A stretch of DNA of 63,807 nt, filler included, from Chrysochromulina tobinii (taxonomy: Eukaryota), in the NCBI GenBank assembly GCA_001275005.1. It is 7 parts of 7 records of this genome, joined end to end, with 100 filler letters (N's around TTAATTAATTAA, not from the genome) between each part and the next. Parts side by side here need not be neighbours in the genome. Positions count along the whole stretch, not along the records: positions 51,499 to 56,775 come from JWZX01000966.1; positions 56,876 to 62,016 come from JWZX01000967.1; positions 62,117 to 63,807 come from JWZX01000992.1; 4 more parts are not named here. One strand, 5' to 3'. Shown here piece after piece: positions 56,321-63,807 of the stretch; the stretch's first letter is position 1, and every line of letters begins with the position of its first letter. Below the pieces are notes generated by a model, which saw only the letters and a list, made by a program, of their open reading frames with translations, was not told the origin of the DNA and did not search any database. Both the position numbers and the translations under genes were made by a program.

Positions 56321-56645
56321 AGACGCGTCCGTTGGCGCGCCCCCCGAAGGGAACGCAAATAAAGAAGTCACTCGACGCCGCCGTCGCGTGTGACGACGGC
56401 GGCGTCGAGAGACGACAGTGTCGTGGCGCACGGCAGCTTGCCAGCTGCCTGGAGGGATTCAGGAGTGGCGGCGGCCGCACGGTGGCCATGGTGACTGCGC
56501 GAGCGCGCGTGCCGGCTATGGGCGCGTGCGTCGGTGCGCCCGCGGCCGGCCGGGGCGCGCGTCCGCGGCGCGATTTGCTGCATCTTCAACGGGCGCACCA
56601 TCGGCCGCGCGCATCGAGAGGCCTGCACCAAGAACGCGTGCACCA

Positions 56646-56775
56646 GAAACCCCCTGAACCAGAAACCCAAAACCCGTGGGGCTGAAAACTTAGCCCCCTG
56701 CAAGGGTTTCACAGGGGGTGGGCGAAACCCGAAACCCATGGGTTTCAGACCCAGGAGCCAAGCCTGAAACCCGAA
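56646..56775. repeat. cluster of direct and inverted GAAACCC/GGGTTTC motifs at the contig end (transposon subterminal-like)
   Basis: About 8 copies in both orientations. Confidence 0.6.
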
Positions 56776-56875
56776 NNNNNNNNNNNNNNNNNNNNNNNNN
56801 NNNNNNNNNNNNNNNNNNNTTAATTAATTAANNNNNNNNNNNNNNNNNNNNNNNNNNNNNNNNNNNNNNNNNNNN
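56776..56875. other. artificial contig linker
   Basis: N44-TTAATTAATTAA-N44. Confidence 0.98.
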
Positions 56876-57898
56876 CCCTTGCATCCTCCTCGGATGGCAT
56901 GCCCGCAAGCCTTGTCAAGTACGTCGCCGAGTTGACCACCACCGATATGCCAATCGACAGTGGTGTCATCTCCCGCTGCCGCACGTGGCTTGCGACGAAC
57001 AAACATGAGATGTCGAAGTGCAAGACGCCGCTCGCAATGATTGCAAGCGCCGCGCCCATCGTGGACGCATCGATCAACAACAAGGCAAAGGCCCTTGATC
57101 CGACGCTCACGGATGCATGCCACGCCGCTCTTAAGCTGACGAACGTCCACTATGATGAGAAGACAGCAGAAAAGGCGGCGGCGGTTGCCGCTGAGAAGGC
57201 GTTTGAGAGGGCGGTGGCACTTGTCGCTGCGAAGGCGGCGGCGGTTGCCGCATCGAAGGCGGCGGTGGCTGCTGCTGTGAAGAAGGCAGAGGCTCGGGCG
57301 AGGGCTCGGATGAAGGCAAGGACTCGGGTGGAGGCTTGGGCGGAGGCAGAGGCAGAGGCAGAGGCAGATGCTTGGGCAGAGAATCGGGCAGATGCTTGGG
57401 AATGGTTCCCTTTGGTTATGAGACGACGGGGGAGTGGGGAGAGGGCGGCCGTGGCTCGGGGACGTGTCCGTGAGAGCCGGAGGAGGGCTCGTGCGGCTGC
57501 ACGGCGCGGCTATGAGCTCAAGCCGCGCAGCCGCACAAGCCGCAGCTGCGCAGCTCGCACCTCGGTCCGCAATTGCGCGAGGGCCGAGGAATGCCATGCA
57601 CGGGATGTCCGCCGCCGGCACTCACGTCTTGCCATGCGTCTTGCAAAGACCATGGATGGTGACTGTTTTTAGGCACTCAGTCTCTGAGCTGGGGCTGTCA
57701 CCTTAACCGTAGGTACCAGGCGGAGGAACGCTATCATCAACGCCATCTACTCGTCATCTTGCCTTGAGGTATGTAACTTTCGGAGTATATAACAGACGAA
57801 CACGGGCTAACATCAGGCTAACAGACTTCCGTTCGCTTGACGATGCGATGCGAAGGGTGGCCTCTGTTGAGTGCGGCCAGGCGAGACCGGCGGGCACG

Positions 57899-60800
57899 CT
57901 ACGAAGTGTAAAGAGTCGACGTATAGATTTCGGATCCCTGATGCCTTTTCCGCGCCATGGCCAGGGTTGCGCGTGCCGCATCACCGAGGTCGCCGCCCAC
58001 GCTCTCCTGCGCGCCCGCGCGCAGCAGTGACGCTGCGACGATCTCGTGGCCATTCTCGCACGCCTCGATGAGCGCCGTGTGCTGGGTCTTGTGGTTGACG
58101 AGGTTGACGTTCGCTCCGTGCTCGAGGAGCTCGCTCACGACGGCCAGGTAGCCGTTCTTGGCGGCGAACATCAGGCTCGTCATGCCGGTGGGCCTCGCCT
58201 GATCCACGCCCGTCTCCTTGACGGCGAGGAGCGCCTTGACGGCCTCGACGTGCCCATTACGCGACGCGCACATGAGCGCGCATGTGCCGTCTTTGTCGGT
58301 CAGCTCGACCCTGGCCTTGCGGTACAGCAACTCGCGCACGCACGAGGCATGCCCATTCTGTGCGGCGAGCATCAGCGCGCTCGTGCCCGCCCTCGCCTTG
58401 TCCTTCTTGGACTCGAGGGTCTGCATATCGACCTCGACGGGCCGCTCGCCCTGCAGGAGCGCCACGAGCGTCCGCTTGTACCCATTCTTTGCTGCAAACA
58501 TGAGCGCAGTGAAGCCGCTCACGCGCATGCAGTTGGGGTCGGCACCGGCGTCGAGGAGGGCCTGCGTCGCACCGACGTGACCGTTACGCGTGGCGTACAT
58601 GAGGGCCGTCGTGCCGTCCTTATCGGCAAGATCGAGCGACACGTGCCTCACGAGCTCGCGGATGACGAGCTCGTGGCCATTTAGGGCAGCGAACATCAAG
58701 GCGGTCATGCCGTCGGTCGTTACCTTATTTTGGTCCGCCTTTGCCTCGAGCAGGACGCGAAGGCAGAGCTCGTGTCCAAAACTGCTCGCCCGCATGAGCG
58801 GGGTGCCACCGTCGGAAGCGGCGAGCGCCGCATCCGCCCTTTGATCGAGGAGCAGCTGCACGATCGGCTCGGCGCCCTCCTCCGCGGCGAGGTAGAGTGC
58901 GGTGCAGCCCTCGGCGCTCTGCGCATTGAGCGTGGAGGCGTTTGAGGATTCCATCAGCTTGACAACGGCCGCGAGTTGCTTGCGGCGGGACGCGACCATG
59001 AGCGCCGTGATCCTCCCCGCATCCTGCGTGCGAGCGAGGGTCGCCACGTCCCCCGTCGCAGCGGCGCGCAGCCGCTCCGTGCGCGTGCACGCCTCGTCGG
59101 TGAACTCGTTGTCCGAGAGCGTGGGCACGAAGAGGCGAACGACGGCGTGCTGCTTGGCGGTCGCTGCTGCTTTGGCTGCGGACTGCATCTGCGTGTTGTT
59201 CTCATCCTTGTCGGCGCCCTTTGCGGCGAGCGCACGGCAGATGGCCGCGTGCCCGCCCGCGGCGGCGCGGTGCAGCGGCGTGTTGGCGCGCTCGTCAGCG
59301 ACGAGCGGGTTGACGCCCGCGTCGAGCAGCGCCTCGACGAGCGCCGCGTCGCCCGCCCCCGCGGCGAGACGGAGGAGCGCGCCTACGCCGTCGGAGGCGA
59401 CGACGAGCGCCTTAGTACGCGGCAGGCCCTGCTTCTTCTCCCACCCCTGGATCTTGACGTCCACCGTGTCGCCCTCCACGCGTTCGACAACGGCCGGCTG
59501 CCATTTCTTGTCGAGGGCGAACACGCGCTTGCCCACGACGAGCGCGTCGGCAGCGGCCAGCTTCGCTGCCTCGCGCGCCGCCTCGCGCGCCACGCCCTTG
59601 GCCGCCTCAAGCGCCGTGGGCAGCCATGCGGCGGGCAGCCCCATGCGCACGAGCGTGGCGAGCACGCGCAGCCGCCACGCCTCCTGGGCTGGCACGGCCG
59701 CCGCCTTGGTCGCCGCCGGCAGCTGCGCCGCCTTGACGAACGCGTCGCCAAACGCCGCGCCACCCGCCTGCACGCCAATGAGAACGGCGTTCGTCCACCA
59801 CACGCCCCACGCGAACGACGGCAGCGGCACGCCACCCTTACCGATGGCGAGCATCGCAAAGTACTCCTGGAAGGAGAGGTGGAAGGCCTGCATCTGCAGC
59901 GGCTCCGCCTCGAGCAGGCGCACGAGCGGCAGCCCGTCTCGCGCCACCAGGGCGCGCAGCTCGTCGGCCGCGCGCTGGGCGGCGGGCATGCCGATGCGCG
60001 CGCCGATGCGCGCGGCGGCGGCACCGAGATGTGCCTCAGTGATGATGCGCTGCTCAGCAGCGTGCGCCTCGAAAAAGGTGGCTTGCAGCAGCGCGCGTGC
60101 ATCGTCTGACACGGCGGCGCCCGACCGTTTGAGCATCGCGCCAGCCGCCACCTCGTACAGCTCGGCGGTGGTAGTCGGCATGTCGATGCCGACGCGCAGC
60201 TGCGCAATGGAGCACACCATCGAGAGCATGAGGGGGTTGGCGGTGACGCGGCGCTTCGTGCCGGCTTCGCCGCCGGCGTCGAGCGGCACCTTGTCGCGCA
60301 GGTACGACTTGAGCGCGGACGCCCGCTCGTCGCCGAGCCGCTTGGCGAGAAAGGCCTCCTGCTGCGCGTCGGTCAGCGGCGCGAGGGTCAGCCTGTGGAA
60401 CCCGGCGAAGCACGCCTCGTCCAGGCCGGCCGGGCGCGAGGTGCACAGGATCACAAACCCCTTGGGCGCGAGCACCTCGGCGACGTGCTTCTCGATGCGC
60501 GCCCGTTGGGCGCCCGCCTCGTCGAGCCCGTCGAGCAGCAGCAGCACGCGCCGCTCGTGCATCGCCGCGCGCAGCATCGCGTAGTGCGGCGGCGCGCACG
60601 TGAGCTTGAGGTCGGCGTCGACCCAATCGTTCGCCTCGTCGAAGGCTGCCCCTTGCTCGGCGAGCCGCTTCTGGAGCTGCTCGGCGCGCACGAGCACGGG
60701 CACGAGCGGCGCGCGCCCGCCGTCCTCGGCGCGCCCGTCGCCTTGCCCCAGCGCGTGCATGATGAGCTGCGACATGAGCCACGTCTTGCCCGCCGCCGGG

Positions 60801-61750
60801 CCGGCGGTGAGCAGCGCGCACGTGCGTGCGCCGGAGCGGAGGTCGTGCAGCCACGCACACAGCGAGCGTGCGTCGCGCACGGCGAGGGGCTTGCCGTCGG
60901 CATCGTGCCCCTCCACGCCAATGGGCACGCACTCCGTGAGCGTGCTGAGCTGCTGGCCGGAGAGGGCGTCGGGGATGGACGCGTGCTGCGCGCGCAGACA
61001 GTCGAGGTGCCACGCGCGCATCGACGCGAATCCGGTGTCGACGGGCATCGGCGGCAGCGCCACCTGCGTACCCTCAGTCGAGTCCAGCTGAAGCGACCCA
61101 AGCGTCTTCTCCAGCGCGTCGTCGTCGTCGTCGATGTCGTCGAGGTTGGTGTCGTCCCCGTCGTCCAAGGCATTGGGCTGCATGGGGCCGTTGGACGGCC
61201 CCGATGATAATTGCACAGCACGCGGAGTAAAGGCCAGCACAATCGCGTCGATTATGGAGTTGCCGATCTCGACAATCGGGTTCTTCGTATCGGCCACCGC
61301 CTCTGCCAGCGCAGCCTCTGCCTCCATCGCCGCTCCGGCCGCCGGCTCCACAACTTCCGTAGGCATGGTGTCGATCGTCTCGGGCCCTGGTTCGGCAACG
61401 TTCATGTCTTCGGGTACCGCCTCAGGGCCTGGCTCGACAGCGAGAGGTGATGACGATCCCGAAGGGCCCTCCAGGTCCTGGATGAATGGCTCGGCTTGTG
61501 CGCGAGGCTTGCTCGCGGCGCAGCCGCCCCCTCGGATGCGCACAATCCCCTTCAGTCGCTCTCCTGCCGCCTCCGCCTGCGCCTGCGCCTCCTCTGCCTG
61601 AGCCGCTTGGACAGCCACTGCAACGGCGTCATCATTGTTGTCGAGGTTGGTGTCGCCCCCGTCATCCAAGGCATATGGCCGAGCGGGGCCAAGTGAGGGG
61701 CGGTGCGGCGGCGGCGGCGCCAAGTGAGAGGCGGCGGCATCTTTTGGCAT
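57899..61750 (-). CDS. NLR-like STAND protein: acidic N-terminus + NACHT NTPase + Tudor-like insert + about 10 or more ankyrin repeats (1283 aa)
   Basis: Walker A LLTAGPAAGKT, Walker B LLLLDGLDE, sensor-1 CTSRP, NPLMLSM, WHD FHLSFQEYFA, and repeated G.TALM.AA.NGH ankyrins. Confidence 0.88.
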   Translation of the reverse strand: MPKDAAASHLAPPPPHRPSLGPARPYALDDGGDTNLDNNDDAVAVAVQAAQAEEAQAQAEAAGERLKGIVRIRGGGCAASKPRAQAEPFIQDLEGPSGSSSPLAVEPGPEAVPEDMNVAEPGPETIDTMPTEVVEPAAGAAMEAEAALAEAVADTKNPIVEIGNSIIDAIVLAFTPRAVQLSSGPSNGPMQPNALDDGDDTNLDDIDDDDDALEKTLGSLQLDSTEGTQVALPPMPVDTGFASMRAWHLDCLRAQHASIPDALSGQQLSTLTECVPIGVEGHDADGKPLAVRDARSLCAWLHDLRSGARTCALLTAGPAAGKTWLMSQLIMHALGQGDGRAEDGGRAPLVPVLVRAEQLQKRLAEQGAAFDEANDWVDADLKLTCAPPHYAMLRAAMHERRVLLLLDGLDEAGAQRARIEKHVAEVLAPKGFVILCTSRPAGLDEACFAGFHRLTLAPLTDAQQEAFLAKRLGDERASALKSYLRDKVPLDAGGEAGTKRRVTANPLMLSMVCSIAQLRVGIDMPTTTAELYEVAAGAMLKRSGAAVSDDARALLQATFFEAHAAEQRIITEAHLGAAAARIGARIGMPAAQRAADELRALVARDGLPLVRLLEAEPLQMQAFHLSFQEYFAMLAIGKGGVPLPSFAWGVWWTNAVLIGVQAGGAAFGDAFVKAAQLPAATKAAAVPAQEAWRLRVLATLVRMGLPAAWLPTALEAAKGVAREAAREAAKLAAADALVVGKRVFALDKKWQPAVVERVEGDTVDVKIQGWEKKQGLPRTKALVVASDGVGALLRLAAGAGDAALVEALLDAGVNPLVADERANTPLHRAAAGGHAAICRALAAKGADKDENNTQMQSAAKAAATAKQHAVVRLFVPTLSDNEFTDEACTRTERLRAAATGDVATLARTQDAGRITALMVASRRKQLAAVVKLMESSNASTLNAQSAEGCTALYLAAEEGAEPIVQLLLDQRADAALAASDGGTPLMRASSFGHELCLRVLLEAKADQNKVTTDGMTALMFAALNGHELVIRELVRHVSLDLADKDGTTALMYATRNGHVGATQALLDAGADPNCMRVSGFTALMFAAKNGYKRTLVALLQGERPVEVDMQTLESKKDKARAGTSALMLAAQNGHASCVRELLYRKARVELTDKDGTCALMCASRNGHVEAVKALLAVKETGVDQARPTGMTSLMFAAKNGYLAVVSELLEHGANVNLVNHKTQHTALIEACENGHEIVAASLLRAGAQESVGGDLGDAARATLAMARKRHQGSEIYTSTLYTS

Positions 61751-62016
61751 GATCGACTGCGTCCTACTCGTAAGGGTCGATTCGCAACGTGATGAGACTT
61801 AATTTTAAACAACTGACTCTGCCTGCACGGACCCCAGGGCCATCATCGGGGTGCTTGGGGCTTTCGGAATCTGTGGTCTGTGCAGGCAGAGTCCTCATTC
61901 TCAGTCCAGACGGACTGTGAATGCAAAATCGCCCTTCGTCACTGTCTTCGGTCCCCCGACGACGGACCCCGACGCCCAAGCTGGCGTCGGGGGTCGACCC
62001 TCATCATGAGCACTCG

Positions 62017-62116
62017 NNNNNNNNNNNNNNNNNNNNNNNNNNNNNNNNNNNNNNNNNNNNTTAATTAATTAANNNNNNNNNNNNNNNNNNNNNNNNNNNN
62101 NNNNNNNNNNNNNNNN
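62017..62116. other. artificial contig linker
   Basis: N44-TTAATTAATTAA-N44. Confidence 0.98.
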
Positions 62117-62444
62117 GCGGAATCCTGATTGACACCCCGATTCCATCGATTAAGTAACTGACACCCTGCAACCGATACCCGCGCAGGAACTTAACTAACC
62201 GTTAACTAACCCAATCTCGCCACCGCCCTCCCCCTCAGGGGGCGGGCGCGCGCGCGCGCGCGCGGCCGGCTCCCCATAAGGGGTCGGTCACGACGAGGAC
62301 CACCACGACACCGTCGCCCTACGGCGCGACCGCCCCCCCAGTCCGGGGGCGGGCCGTGAAACGCATCGAAAAATCCTCCCCAGGGTGGATGGTTTTTCCA
62401 CAACCCTCCCGAACTCAGGGCATCTCTTGATTCAGATGAGTTGG

Positions 62445-63610
62445 GATGAGTTAAGAGTTGCTGAGTGATCTTGAGTCGTGAGTTAAGAGGTGCTGTGTGA
62501 TCTTGAGTTTTGAGTTACGAGGTCCTTTGTGATCTTGAGTTTTGAGTCGCGACTCAAGTTTGCCCACGCACAACGAAACCTCGCTTGTTGACCCTGTGTG
62601 TGATCTCCTTCTGCTCGCCGCACACACAGCAGAACGCCCAAAACGGCGCCCATAGCCCCCCCTGGGGTGGGGCATGGTCGCCCGGATGCATGTGCCCCCC
62701 CCAGTGCAAGGGAGACCGCATTCTTGTGCTAAACTTGCGTTTTCGGCATTCGCGCTATCGTCGGGTCGCTCGGAGCACCTTCCACATGGCCCCAGTAAAG
62801 GCTTCGAAGCGACAGCACCTCTGGCGGCGTTGCAACGCAGTGAATCGCCCGCCGACGTCCGCCCCAGCCGGCCAAGCCCATCGACGCACGCCATAGCCGG
62901 CGCGCGCGCTCGCGCAGTCACCGTGGCCACCGTGCGGCCACCGTAACACCTCAATCACTCCAGAGGCTGATGTCTACAGAGAAGGAAGATCAGCCTAGGG
63001 CTGCGCGGCGCGCCGAGGACGAGGCGCGCGTGCTTTTCCTTTAATTACCGCTGCCACGCCGCGTTGCCACGCGTGCATCTCGCACTATCCTAAGGGCCTC
63101 CTTATGGTGACCGCTAATGCCGACGTGACCGCGCTTTCTGTCACAGGCCAGATCTCCAGGCTCACATCACGGCTGGAACCTACCGCTAGCTTGGCGTGCA
63201 CGCCCAGCGTGCTGCGCGCACGGCCGTGCGGATACGCCGAGACAGTTCGGGCATGCTGCGGAGTGTGAGAGCGAGTGGAGCACGGACTGGGTCACGCGAC
63301 GCATAAACGATATGTGGGCGGAAGGGGTCGAGGTCCTATGTACATCTAAGAGACCCCCCTCCCTCCCCCTCCCACGCTCCGACCCGGTGACGCGTATCTA
63401 CGAATCAAGTTACCGCTGGTGAGACGAAGAAGTATATGGACATCTCGTACGGAAAATTGTACTTGTGACACGTGACTCAAGATCTTGAGTTGAGATCTTG
63501 AGTTTTGAGTTAAGAGGTGCTGTGTGATCTTGAATCGTGAGTTACGAGGTCTTTTGTGATCTTTGAGTTGAGTAACTCATACAAGTGCCTGTGTGATCTT
63601 AACTCATGAG
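62445..63610. repeat. two blocks of a ~32-nt minisatellite (GAGTTAAGAGGTGCTGTGTGATCTTGAGT..) at about 62445-62550 and 63480-63610
   Basis: Near-identical direct blocks about 1 kb apart. Confidence 0.75.
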
Positions 63611-63627
63611 TTATTCCTCGTGAATCA

Positions 63628-63807
63628 AGGGATGCCCTGTATCGAATTTGGGGGGGTTTGTTATCAGGATACGTATCCCATGTATCTAACATGTATCGTG
63701 CATGTATCGTGCATGTATATTGATGTGTCCCGTCAAGATACATCGAGATACATCGAGATACAACAAGATACATTTGTATCTGTCACTTTGGCTATCATAG
63801 GAAATGT
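63628..63807. mobile_element. probable non-autonomous DNA transposon (hAT/MITE-like) end with GTATC/GATAC subterminal repeats
   Basis: AGGGATGCCCTG start followed by many TGTATC and GATACA copies in both orientations. Confidence 0.45.

Noticed and set aside
56899..57672. 257-aa Ala-rich ORF at the contig start
   Set aside because: Low complexity, no motif and possibly partial. Not enough support to call it.
12152..62116. Repeated TTAATTAATTAA motif within N runs, and gene neighbourhoods across them
   Set aside because: Artificial concatenation linkers. Linkage between contigs (for example NLR and kinase-PARP) cannot be inferred.

Overview
This is eukaryotic, GC-rich, intron-containing nuclear DNA, most likely from a prymnesiophyte haptophyte alga (inferred). 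Support for that: ASAF/AF-type bipartite plastid-targeting presequences, a nuclear mitochondrial-type F1-alpha gene, and introns full of 10-11-nt tandem repeats. It is not one locus: seven contigs are joined by artificial 100-nt N44-TTAATTAATTAA-N44 linkers. Recognisable housekeeping genes are transketolase, CDP-DAG synthase, a CTL transporter, F1-alpha, plastid L15, RNase H1, RCC1, DUF2009, a TPPP-like gene and a Top6B-like gene. The window also holds a DD35D pogo-like transposase, scrambled L1/Tx1-like LINE fragments and several dispersed repeats. Highlights: (1) a recurrent intron-gain signature in which short tandem-repeat arrays (10-, 11-, 9-mers) are flanked by 8-28-nt duplications of exon sequence that supply AG|GT or AG|GC splice sites; (2) a coiled-coil/kinase/tandem double-PARP gene head-to-head with a high-identity 10-aa-repeat protein, plus a separate NACHT-ankyrin NLR-like gene, a possible algal innate-immunity toolkit; (3) an in-frame Nup214/Nup159-propeller-FG-Gle1 fusion; (4) a plastid-targeted disordered sticker-repeat protein that could be a pyrenoid linker. 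All domain calls and splice models come from reading motifs by eye, not from database searches.
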